Source of the DNA: Eledone cirrhosa
Lineage: Eukaryota
Length of the DNA: 64,000 nucleotides
Direction: 5' to 3'
Assembly (NCBI GenBank): GCA_964016885.1
Contig: OZ024740.1
Location: 146,072,001-146,136,000, forward strand
Numbering within the stretch: the stretch's first letter is position 1; each line of letters opens with the position of its first letter. Positions 48,023 to 60,127 of the stretch are shown piece by piece. The notes under the pieces were generated by a model, which was given only the letters and a program-made list of their open reading frames with translations, made no database searches and was not told the DNA's origin. The position numbers and the translations under genes were made by a program.

Positions 48023-50730
48023 ATCATCATCATCGTTTAACGTCCATCTTCCACGCTTGCATGGGTTTGGACGGGAGTTTTCCCACTTGAGGCAAGATTT
48101 GTTGTCCTGCTCGTATAGGAATGTCTGGCGGGTTTTCTACGGCTGGATGCCCTTCCTAACACCAACCACATTTACAGTGTGGACTGGGAGGTTTTTACCG
48201 TGTTACCTACACGGCCACATTACAGCGTGGACTGTGTGTTTTTTTGTCGTGACACCTACACGTCTGGTGGGTTTTCTACGGCTGGGTGCCCTTCCCAACA
48301 CCAACCATGTTTACAGTGTGGACTAGGAGGTTTTTACCGTGTTACCTACACGGCCACATTACAGCATGGACTGTGTGTTTTTTTTGTTGTGACACCTACA
48401 CGACCTCATTTGTTTTGGACTGGATGTTATGGTACCAACATAACTTCACATTTAAGGGGGTGGTGTGGATGGGGTGGGGGTAGTGGGACGGGGGTATATT
48501 TTGTTAGAGGTGCCTACTGACTGTAGGTTTCGCTTTGTACTTAGGCAAGACGGGTCTTCTGTATGACTGTGTAGCATCAAAAATCTCGGTCCAGTGACAT
48601 TGTCTTGGAGAGGTGTAAGTGTGTGAGGTCGGAATTTATCAAGTCGTCCCAGGTTTTTCTGGGTCTGCCTACTCCGTGGCTACCGTCTATTTTTATCGCC
48701 CTGCACTTTTTTTATACAGCTGTCGTCTTTCATGCGCATCACGTGACCGTACCAACATAGTCTTCTCTCGAGTAAACAACATCTGATCCCTCTTATTCCT
48801 AATTTCTCCCTTAGTTCGTTTATGCTTTGCCGTTCACGTATATTACTATTACACATCCAGCGGAGCATGCAAGCTTCCTTTCTCTCCAGTCTGCATATAT
48901 CCTCTGCACACAATGCCCAGGTCTCACAGCCATGTAACATTGCTGTTCGTATGCAGGCATCATACAACCTGCCTTTCATTTTTAGAGAGAACCCTTTAGC
49001 GGCCAATAGTGGTATAAGCTCTCTGAACTTTTTCCATCCCGTTCTGACTCTAGCTACTGTACTTTCAGAGCACCCTCCCCCACTGCTGATTTTGTCACCC
49101 AGGTAACGGAAGGTGTCTATTTCTATAGAACCATCTGTGCAATGGAATGAGCTAGTATTCTGTGGGCACTTGCTGCTACTTATTGCACCAGAGCACCGGC
49201 CACATATAAAATCTATATTCTTAGTTAGCTTACTTGTGATCCCACTACATCTTTTATGCACCCATACTTTGCATTTGGGACATAAAATGGAGTTTCTGCC
49301 TACTCCTTTACTACACACTGAGCATGGCCATTTCCCAGATGGGACTGGTGCCCTATTTTCCTTCATACAAACTAGAACTTTAGTCTTAGACAAGTTAACT
49401 TTAAGGCCTTTTGATTCTAGGCCATGCTTCCATGTTTGGAATTTCTTCTCTAGTTCAGCCATTGACTCAGCTATAAGCGTTAGATCATCTGCATATAGGA
49501 GTTCCCATGGGCAGCCAGTCTTGAACTCCTGTTATAGCCTGAAGGGCAATAATAAATAGTAGCGGGCTAAGAACGGAGCCCTGATGAACACCAACTTTTA
49601 CACTAAACACTTCACTATATTCGTTGTTAATTCTAACCTTGCTGACTGTTTCTTTATACATGGCTTGTATAGCTCTCACAAGCCATTCATCAACACCTAG
49701 TTTTCTAAGAGCCCACCAGATAATAGAGCGGAGGACTCTGTCAAAGGCTTTCTCCAAGTCAACAAAAGCTAAATATCGGGGTTTACTTTTAGCTAGGTAC
49801 TTCTCCTGTAATTGTCGTACAATGAAAAGAGCGTCTGTGGTACTTTTACCTGACACAAACCCGAACTGCATTTCATCTAGATCAATTCGTTCTCTGATTA
49901 GTTGCACTATTACTTTTTCTGTGACCTTCATGACCTGGTCGATTAATTTAATGCCTCTATAGTTACCCCTATCTAGGGCATCTCCTTTACCCTTGTAGCA
50001 GTTAATGATGATGCTGCTATGCCAGTCCTTCGAAACGGCCCCTGTATGACTTGGTTTACTATCCGGGTGACCATAGTGTGTCCCACCGTTCCAGATGCTT
50101 TCAGCATTTCAGCAACTATTTCTGAAGGGCCAGCCGCCTTACCCATCTTCATATCTTTGATTGCCTTACTTATTATACTACCTTCAACTAGCACTGCTGG
50201 TCCTTCTATTGGATCGATGTGGGGGAGACTGTCTTTCTCCCATTTATTCTTCTCATTTAGTAGCCTTTTGTAGTGACACTTCCAAGCTACCTTCTTATCA
50301 GCGTCAGTGATGGCAAGTACACCATCATCATTTAGGACACACTTCTCCCCGACAATATCACGGTTTTCCTTGACACATTGCCTAGCAATCCTGAACACTT
50401 CACGTTTTTGGTCCTCGCGTTGTAGAACATGCTTGAACTTTCTTTCCTCTGCTTCCCTTCTTGCGAAGTACACTTGTCTCCTAGCTTCCCTCCTGGCCAC
50501 TTGATAGTCTTCTCTACTTCCCCCATCCCGCCATACTTTCCAAGCCTGCTTTTTGGCCTTAATTGACTCCTCCACCTTACTGTTCCACCACCACGTTACT
50601 CTCCTCCTGCCTATAGGCCTGCTCCAGCCACAGACTTTATCTGCCGCCTTCAGCAGGTTAGCTTTCAGGAATTCCCACTGTTCCTCTATATTGTACGACT
50701 CTAATTGCTCTTCCTTACTGTCGAAAGCAT
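48023..50730 (-). mobile_element. 5'-truncated RTE LINE, subfamily A, inserted in (TA)n
   Basis: ORFs 49973, 49485 and 48680 are nearly identical to the 33557 copy; 139-bp tandem duplication in the 3' UTR (48123 and 48262); (GAT)n tail. Confidence 0.95.
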
Positions 50731-50795
50731 ATATATATATATATATATATATACATACACAACCAAATATATGGGTGCATATACATACAAGTGTG

Positions 50796-52190
50796 CTTCT
50801 TCTGCACCCATGTATTCTAGGAGGGTCATGGTGACAGAGTCCTCAAGTATACCTTATAGGGATTCTACCAGAAGCAACTGTCTCCAATTGATCCAGCTGT
50901 ATCCCTAAGTGAGATCAGCAGAGTTCATGGATGTTATCCAACTATCTTGCTTGGGGTCTACCCTTGGCTTGTCTGCCAGTGGGTTTTGTCCGTAAAATCT
51001 GTCCAGTGATTCTTAGACATCCTAACCACATTTCTGTAGTATCGGAGCTGTTATCTCTTGATTTGAAGAAGTAGAAGCTCTGCCTGGAGCAACTTTCTGA
51101 TATGCAAGCTATGCACCCTATCAAGTAATGTTACTTCAAAGACTCTTTGAAACCCCATTTTGGCTTTTACACCGACCTCCCTTCTTTTGATTACCTGTGC
51201 ACTGTGCAGGCTTCCTTGAGAGGACGAGTGTCTTAGTTTTCACAACACTGATTTTCATTCTAACCATGTAGCACTCTTCTGAAAGGTGCATCCTTTCAAG
51301 GTGGAGAGAATGCTTTGCTGATCTACTAAACCCAATCACAACAGCATCTTCTGATGTACATGAGATGCATCTGGGAGAGGTGACTAATCTCTTTGGGCTT
51401 GAGGTCACAAGAGCAGTGAAAGAGCTCAAATGTGGCAAGGCCACTGTGGAAGATGAAATCCGACCCGAAATGTTAAAAGCCTTAAATAGAGAAGATATTC
51501 TCTGGCTGACTCGAGTGTGTTGGGTGGCCTGGATCTCTGGAAAGGCACCTAAGCAATGGCAATCAGGAATGATAATCCCAATTTTCAAAAAGGGTGACAA
51601 GAGAGATTGTTCAAATTACAGAGGGATCTCTTTGTTAAACCTCTCTGGTAAAGTCTATGCTAAGTGTCTGGCAAAACGATGTAGAGAGATTGTCAAGTCC
51701 AAGTTAGCTGATGAATAGTGTGGTTTTCGCCCCGGATGCAGCAGAGCTGACCAAATATTCACACTGCGGCAGGTCTTCAAGAAATCATGTGAGTATTGCC
51801 TAGAGGTATATTCTTGTTTTGTAGACCTTGAAAAGAGACATATGACCATGTTCCTCGGAACCTGCTGTGGAAAGTTCTGCAGGAGTATGAGATTGATGAT
51901 CAGCTTCTTGTTGCTCTGATGTCTCTTTATGAATACCCAAGTATTGTGTTCAGATAAATGGTGCTATATCAAAACCATTCAATGTAGAATTCAGACTCCA
52001 CCATGGGTGTGAACTGTCACCTCTCCTGTTCATTATTTTCATGAACAAGATTGACATGTGCAGCCAGGCTGGAAGTGGTATAATGACTGGCAGGTGTAAA
52101 ATCAATCAGCTGGAATTTGCAACCACGATGTTACTTAACTCAACAGAAAGTGATCATCGACCTGTACTTGATAGGTTTGATGCCGAGTGT
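50796..52190 (-). mobile_element. Second RTE family (no PHD) with inverted 5' segment
   Basis: Minus segment 50796-51276 (ECYMVRMKIS.. to tail) abuts plus segment 51277-52190 (RWRECF..NYRGISLL..DRFDAEC). Confidence 0.8.
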
Positions 52191-52769
52191 GTGTATATAT
52201 TTACATATATATATATGGGTATGGGTGTACATATGTATACATGTGTATGTATAAGTACTAATGTTAAAATTTGCTACCTTCCTGACTCTCTTTGTAGTCT
52301 CGGGCTATGCACCGTTGTGCGCCCATCCCATGTCTCTCGGGGCACATCGAAGGCTCATTGCTAGTTTTTATGACACTGGATGGAGACTGCAATATATTTT
52401 TCGAACAGGCAGCCTTTGTTAACCCACACAAAGGGCAATGCAGTATGCTTGCTTTTATAACCATATTGCAGTGTTTTGGTGGTATTATTTGCTTAAGTCA
52501 CCAATTTTGTAATTTTCTCAGACCCGCAAAGACTAAGCTCTTTTTTTAGAAGCGACCTTTACTTGCTTTGTAACTACATTGCTGTGTTGCGAAAGCTTTC
52601 TTGAGCGCTAACAGTGTCATCTATTGCTCCATCTCCCCTAGTAGCTTACTGCTGTACAGGGATGCTTATTCGTCCAGCAGGAGGCCACTTATATCACAAC
52701 TAACCATCATATTTGGTGGCTGTATCACTAACCGCCACCTGAGACCCAGTCTATAACAGAACAGCTCTG

Positions 52770-54047
52770 CTGGAAAGGCATCAAAGCAATGACAATCAAT
52801 CAGCTGTAATAATTCCAATTTTCAAGAAGCGAGATGAAAGATTGCCTTAATTATAGAGGGATCTCCTTGTTAAGCCTTCTCGGTAAAGTCTATGCTATGT
52901 GTCTGGCAAAGAGTTGTAGGGATATTGACGAACAGTTTGGTTGCCCTGGACACAGCACAGCCAACCAAATATTCACACTGCTGCAGGTCTTCAAGAAATC
53001 ATTGGAGTATTGCCAAAAAGTGTATGTCTGTTTCGTAGACCTCGAAAAGCATACGACCATGTTCCAAAGGATTTGTTGTGGAAGGTTCTGTTGAAGTATA
53101 GGATCAATGGACAAATTCTTGTTGTCTTGAAGTCCCTATACAAATGCCCTAGTATTTGTGTTTGGATAAATGGTGCTAATCAAAATAATTCAATGTGGGT
53201 ATAAGACCTCTCGTGTTCATAATCCTCATGACAGGATTCACATGTGCAGTCGGGTTGGAAGTGGTATCAAGAGTGGCGGGTGCAGGATTAGTCGGCTGGA
53301 ATTTGAAGACGTCATGGTACTACTTAACTCATCAGAAGGTGATCGCCAACATGTACTTGATAGGTTTGCTTCCAAGTGCTGTATGGCAAGAATGAAAATC
53401 AGTGCTGTGAAGACTGAGACACTTGTTCTCACAAGGAGACCTGTTTAGTGCACTCTACATGAGTGGAGTTCCACAAAAGTAGGTGGAGAAGTTCAAGTAT
53501 CTCAGGGCTGTTTTCGTGAGTGATTGAAGGTAGGAGGCTGAATTAAATTCAAGAATTGAGCCAGCTTTAGCATTCGGTCATCAGAAGAAGGAAGGAGGGT
53601 GTGAAAGCCAAATTCGCTATATTCAATTCGCTGTTCATACCTACCCTCACCTTTGGTCAATAATCTTGGGTAATGACCGAAAAAATACGATCGCAAATAC
53701 AACCGGCCGAGTAACGTTACTCGACAGAGTGCGTGGCTTGGAAATCAGAGAGTCACTCCTGGTAGAGCCGCTACTTCGCCGAATTGAGAGACCACAGGTT
53801 CGATACTATGGACATGTAATTAGAATGTCTCAGGAAAGAATCGCTGGACAGATTTTACGGGTAAAGCCAGCAGGAGACGAGGGGTAAACTCCGAGCAAGA
53901 TGGTTGGATAACATCCATGAGATAGGCCTGGTCTTGCTTGGGAATATAGCTGGATCAGTTGGAGACGGTTGCTTCTGACAGGACCCGCTGTTGGGGGTGT
54001 TTGAGGACTCTGCCCCCACGACTCTCAGGAATAAATGAGCGAAGAAA
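52770..54047 (+). mobile_element. Degenerate copy of the second RTE family
   Basis: NYRGISLL, CFVDLEK, KFKYL and RYYGHV; its tail GAGGACTCTGCCCCCACGAC is shared with 31480-31580 and 50796-50850. Confidence 0.8.
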
Positions 54048-54495
54048 ATATATAAACACACACACTATACACATTATATATGTGGACTTGTGTTATTTTT
54101 ACTTTTTGATATATGAATTTTATACTTCCAGTTAGCTACATGTGTGTTGTGTTTACTTTTTACTTCGTTTTTTTTCATCTATTTGTAGGCTCATGTGTAA
54201 TTTACAGCTAATTATTATATCGTGGAAAAGTAAATAAATACATGGAATATATACTTACAGAACATTGTCAAACTATTGACAACCACCATATTCATGTATA
54301 AAAGACCGGGGAAATCATAAGTACAAATCGAAAAAGTAATAAATTACTAGTTGAAGATCCTGAAGGTGAGTGAAAACTATTTTTGTGAAAGTGAAAATGG
54401 TACGCTATAACCCATGATTGCTCGTCTTTTTTTACTTTCTTTAATCAGAAACACTTCGATCAATGACACGTAAGGGACGAACTATTCATTCTTAC

Positions 54496-54699
54496 CTGTC
54501 TGTCCTTAGGATTCAATATAGACAATATTTCGTTAAGCATCACAGGTACATGGAAACCTTTAATAGTTTGTGTATTAACACCGCGAGTGTTTTCTTGACA
54601 CACATGTTGTGTTGAACAAAAACGATAATTTGGCAACAGCTTGAAATTCAACGTTCGCTGAAGCCGTAAACAAAAGACTTGAACAGCTGTTCGATACAT
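54496..54699 (-). CDS. METTL15: METTL15 coding exon 1
   Basis: ATG at 54699; Arg/Leu-rich presequence-like N-terminus; HVPVMLNEIL; donor CAG|GTAAG; 204 nt. The five exons total 1149 nt in frame (382 aa). Confidence 0.93.
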
Positions 54700-54800
54700 A
54701 TTAAAATAATAAATACTATTGAAACATTAGTGAGACATATACAATGAATAACTCTGAAGTCCGATCAACACGGGAGCTATAATAACAGTATATTGTAACA

Positions 54801-54810
54801 ACTTCCGGAA
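54801..54810 (-). promoter_or_regulatory. ETS/GABP-type motif in the METTL15 proximal promoter
   Basis: TTCCGGAAGT about 100 bp upstream of the ATG. Confidence 0.5.
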
Positions 54811-55933
54811 TATACAAAATAGTTTTAAAAGCGCTAGAGTATGGAAGTCCATTCGTATATAATTCTATCAAACATTTAGCTGCTTTGTTTTTCACCTTTT
54901 TTTTGTTTCTTTTACCTCCTTTTTCTTCTCTTTTTTATTATCATATTTCTCTCTCTCTTTTGTTTTAGTTTACTATAACTCACCTGCCATATACGGACGT
55001 TTAAATTGATTAAATTAAAAACAAAAAATAAATAAATGGTTTCAGAGTTCTCATCGCGAATTAAATTATCATGCCTTATTCACTGAACAAAGAATTATAC
55101 CACATTAAAATCAGACAACAGTTTAGTAAGACGTGATTGTTGCTTTTATACGACCCACCCTGTTATACAGGTTTTAATTAAATTTCGATTAGCTGGTGTT
55201 ATTGAAGTTATCTCCCTTGGTTTTTGTGTTCAGATTCTAGATAGCGCGTGAAGGAGTTTTCCTTATTAATTACATGGATAATCGAGTTTTTCAGTTTACT
55301 ATATTACATGTGTGAGACCCAACCTTATGTGTATTTAGTAGAACACTCCAAGATACTTTCCTTCAAACATATTATTGACATTTATAATCAGTGTCACTGC
55401 ATCTACTCTATGGTTGTGGGCATGGGGATGCTGTGCTTGTGAAGAGAAATTTGAAAAGTGTTTTTTATGTGTTTATAAAGTAGACTTAGAAGTATTTTGG
55501 TTATGAAATGTGATGGCTTTAACTACCAATATACAGTTTACAGAGCGATATTTGGGAGTAATATAAATATATTGCAGCAAATTGCTGAAGTCAACATTTC
55601 TTTTCGTTCTTTTGAAGTTGATAGAATACTTCTATCTTTCTTCATCACTTTCTCTCTTTCTTTTTCTGGAAGAAATCAGCTATGTTTCAATCTGGAAAGG
55701 GATGGACTCTGCCAGGTTTAAAATGCCCAAGATACAGTGTATGTCAGGATGGTGCTCCTATGGCATCTTCATGGGTTAAGAGCCTCCTTTACTCCTTCTT
55801 TCCATTATATAGGCAAAATAAATTTCACAAAGTTAGTAAAATGTTATAGCAAAAGTGGTAGCCTGGCTACCATTGAAAAGTGAAAGAGTTTGCAAGAAAT
55901 AACATCTCTTATGTGCATATCTATCTCAAATGG

Positions 55934-58130
55934 TTCTTCTTCTTGCTCTTGCTCAATGAGGCTGGGGTCATCTTAGGTCAGTGATCCAGAGGCATCATCA
56001 TGTGTAGAGCCGACCAGATCCACCATTGCCCTCCATTGCTGGCAGTCCCATGCCAGCTTCTCTGCATTCTCCAAGGTGATGTCGAACCTCTAAAGATCTT
56101 CCTTGATGACATCCAGCCATCTGGTGTGAAGCCTGCAGTGGGGCCTGCCATGGAGTCTCTTCCAGCCTGTAGCTGCTGCGTCAAATCAGATTAAGGACTT
56201 GGTAGCATGATTTGGCCGCAGACAGAGGACATGTCCGAACCAGCACATGTAGGGAATGGCTATGAAGTGGGAGGCTGCGGGCTGATGTGTGTGCGCATGC
56301 AACTATTTGTTGGAAGCATGGTGATACCATCTCATGTTCTCGATGGCCCTAAAGTCTCTGCTATCAAAGCCGTCAATCCTCTTTGCCAGGTTCTTTGTGA
56401 GGGGCCACGTTTCTGCTCCATAGAGGAGAATGAAGAGGACCGACACATTGTCGATATGGAGCTTCATCTTCCAGGAGATAGAGCAGTGGTGCCAAAGGGG
56501 CTTCCATAGGGAGTGCATGACCCTGGCGGCCAGACCACATTTGCAGTTGATCTCCGGGGTCAGTTCTCCATTGTTGGTGAGGTAGAGCCCAGGTAAATGA
56601 AGGAGCTGTCAAACTTCATAACATCAGGGGCCAATATGAAGCGGGGCAGGATCTGGGACAACTCCAACATGTATTAGCTTGGTCATTGCTCAACTCACCT
56701 GAGGCCAAACTCTCGGTATATGGTCAATGTGTCACTGAGCTGATCAATTGAGTTGCTGAATAGAGTGATGTCGTCTGTGTACTCCAGCTCAGTAAGATGG
56801 TAGTTCTCAAAAATAATACCAGGAACACGCTCATAGTTTTTGGACATCAGCTAGTCAATGACATAGTTTAAGGAGTCAGGGGCAGCCATAAGCCGTGTCT
56901 GACATTGCTGTTGATGGAGAACCAGTCAGAGTTGTTCCTGTTCCCCCACATGCAACTCTTTGCACTACTATAGAGCCATTGGAACAGGGTGGTGATCTTG
57001 GGAGGATGTCACATGCAGACTGGTTAATGTTTGATTTAAAGATCTCCCAGTTGTCGGTCTCGTCTTCAGTCAGGGCACTGAAGCGATTCGCAATAGAACA
57101 CACAACTGTAGAGGTGATATTGGGATCACAGAGACAGGATGAGTCAAAGTGGGGCTGGTACTTGGTGGCAGGGTCTGCTCACAACCTCAGCTTCAATGTC
57201 ACAATCAGTGACCGATGGTCAGTATTGCCAAGTTGAGCTCCTCTGTAGAGCCAGCAGTTGGTGAAAGACAACCTCTAACAGCAGGAGATGATGCTGTGGT
57301 CAATTGCCTTCTGGAAGTAGCCATCCAGACTTTACCAAGTCCAGTGATGGATGAGTTTAAGGCGGAACCAGGTGTTGGCGATACAGTGATTGTTGTAGTG
57401 ACACAGGAACAGCAGGCATTTACTGTTGTCATTGGTGGATAGGTCAGAAATGGTTGTGCTAATGGGCTGAGTCTGCAACGGGTTAGTTGGCGGGAACCTG
57501 ACAGAAGAAGAGATGATAGCATTGGCATCTGTCGGAATGATTGTGATGTCATGGGGTGGGATTTGTCCTAAAACCTGTTGCAGGTGGTCATAGTAGTCGT
57601 CCTTGACAGTGTCCTCTCATATGTCTGTAGGGTCATAGGCAACGATGATAGTCATCTTGCCGTGCTGGTTGAAAAAAATGGGTGGATAGCAAATGGTCAC
57701 TTACCTGGATCCAGCTGATGAGTGACTTGCAGATGTACTTGGGTGTGGGCCAGTGCCACATTGCTAGGGCCCATCCAGTATTCAGAGCCATTCCAGATGA
57801 GGCAGTGGTTTCCCATGATAAATTCACCACTGCTAGCCTAGCATGTCTCACAGAGTCCCACCAGTGTGATGTTGTAGTGGGATAGCTCTAGGGACAGCAG
57901 AGTGGCTGCTCTGAGGCAAAGGATCAACAGGATGTTCCATGTGGCAACACAAATTTTGGAGCATAAGTCAATTTCTCATTGGTGGGTGGTATGCAAGGGT
58001 CCATTCTGAGGTTCATTCTGTGGTTTCTTCTGTTTGGTTTCGTAACAGGTTGATGGTTCTTCTGGGTGGGTTGTTGGCCCTCTGCAAAATAATCGGATGA
58101 TGGGGCTGCCAGAGGGTTAAGAAGTGAAAA
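55934..58130 (-). mobile_element. Degenerate, internally deleted RTE-like LINE (third family)
   Basis: VATWNI (about 57940), endonuclease SDH remnant, EYTDD, FIYLGS and LLYGAETW; (GAA)n tail. Confidence 0.75.
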
Positions 58131-58828
58131 TATTTGACTGCAAAATTAGTTACTGTTGTTGGTTCTAACAAAACTCTGACCAGTTAGTTGACTTGAAATA
58201 CTACTTCTGGGCTGGAAGGAAGCAATATTGGGTAGTTGGATAATGTTTGGTGGGTTGCCCTAATTAGATAGGGATAGGATAATCTGATGGGAATGCAGAT
58301 GTTGATTGATGGATAAAAGCCAAGTGAGAAAAGAATAGTGTTGACAGCTAACAACTGATGCAAGTAGTTTCTTCATGCTTCAGCAACTCTTAGCATGAAA
58401 AAATGTTTCATTTGTTTCTTTGTAAGACTATTTTGGGAAAATATAAATATTATTTTAAACATGATAAATGCCTATGCAGAGGTTCTTTTGTCACTTCAAG
58501 CTGGTGGTGTAGGGAGGAGCTACTGAGTAGTAAAGTTGCTTTGTGATACAAGATGGTGATATAGAAAATGTTGTAAATATATTTATGTATGTACATATGT
58601 TTATATTTAAGAAACCACTCAAATTCATCAGAAACTTTATTGAATCATGTTTCTGCTGTGTGGTTTGATGTATGCAGGTATGCTGAGCAGAAATTAATTT
58701 CAGTATTTCATTATATCCGCTTTAATCAGTAGTGAAATCATACATAGCCAGCTTGTCATTGTCTCCAAAACTGGTTATTTTTGTATTTTATGCACTGACA
58801 TATTGGCATCTTAATAAACTATTAGTTT

Positions 58829-59097
58829 TGTGGGTATGGTGTGGTGTGCGGTGGCCGGAAGCTGGGGAGTGCTCGACCGGAAGAGTGCTTGACCAGAAGG
58901 GTGCTTGGCCGGAAGGGTGCTCGACCAGAAGGGCCAGCAGATCGGTCTCTCTCTAGTGGTGATCAGAAACGTGGCGGATGCGAGTTTGGCAGCTCCCGGG
59001 CATTAATGAGTTGGAGCACATGGAAGGGAAGAAACCAGCCATGGGATTTAGGGGCGCCTATGAAAAGCGGTAAGTGAGATAGCTTTTTCTAACCACA
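58829..59097 (+). repeat. 5' LTR (269 bp)
   Basis: Direct repeat of 62671-62939, about 12 differences. Confidence 0.95.
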
Positions 59098-59236
59098 ACC
59101 TATTTCGGCACTGGAAACTGAGATCTGATTGAAAAAAAAAAAAAAAAAAAAAACTTTCTTGAAAACAAAACTACTGAAAAAACAGAGAGGAGTCTGTTGT
59201 TGTTTTTTATTACGTAGCGCAAGACAAATTAGGATA

Positions 59237-60127
59237 TGGCGACGAGACTACGAACGAGCGAAGCGATTAGGGCATTTACCGGTGAAGGCGATGTTGTCGC
59301 TTGGCTGCGAAAAGTCCGGCTGGTCGCAAGCTTACAGAAGATAGAAGATGTGGCTGGCCTCATGGCACTGTACCTCGAGGGGGTACGCGTTGGTACTCTT
59401 CCTTGAGTTGGATGAACACAGCCAAAGGGATGCACAAAAGATTGAGAGGCGCATGATGGAAGCGTTCGCGGAGGGACCGTTAGCCGCTTTTGCTAAGCTG
59501 GCAAGAATTAGATGGAACGGTGAATGCGTTGACATTTTCGCAGCGGAAATACGACGATTGGCCATGTTGACTGAATATCAGGCGGAATGCGAACGCAGGG
59601 TGCGGTTGGCATTCATAAATGGATTTCCAGATGACATAGCGGTGAAACTGCAGCAAGTCCCGGGTTACAAAGAAATGGAGATGCGTTCACTGGTAGAGCA
59701 AGCCCGCATCATAGCAGAAGATGCCAAGAAGAGTGTCGTGGTGATAGCAACTACAGAGGCTCAAGACAGCTGGCAGCGAAATGGTGAAAGGGAGGCAACC
59801 ACGGCACGCGGTCGCCCGCGAACATTTAGAGGTCGCTGTTTTAGGTGCCAGGGCCCGCACATGGCGAGAGACTGTAGAGAGTCAAGGCCGGAAATAATAT
59901 GCTACCGGTGTAAGCGACCAGTCCACATCGCTACTAACTGCGACCAGGGAAACGATCCAAGGGGAACTACCGCGCCGGTAGTTGCCCGTGGTGGAAGTCT
60001 TCGTGAGGGGAAAGCCACAGCGAGCCCTCGTGGACATGGGCTGTACGACGACACTGGTGAGCGCGGGGGTGGCGCAGAGGTGGAGAGGGAAGAGCAGCGT
60101 AAGGGCAGTCGACGGCAGGAAAATTGA
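59237..60127 (+). pseudogene. gag (frameshifted N-terminus)
   Basis: FTGEGDVVAWL at about 59280; knuckles CFRCQGPHMARDC and CYRCKRPVHIATNC. Confidence 0.8.

Noticed and set aside
52674-52688. CTCF-like CCAGCAGGAGGCC
   Set aside because: Single imperfect match in unclassified sequence; not supportable.
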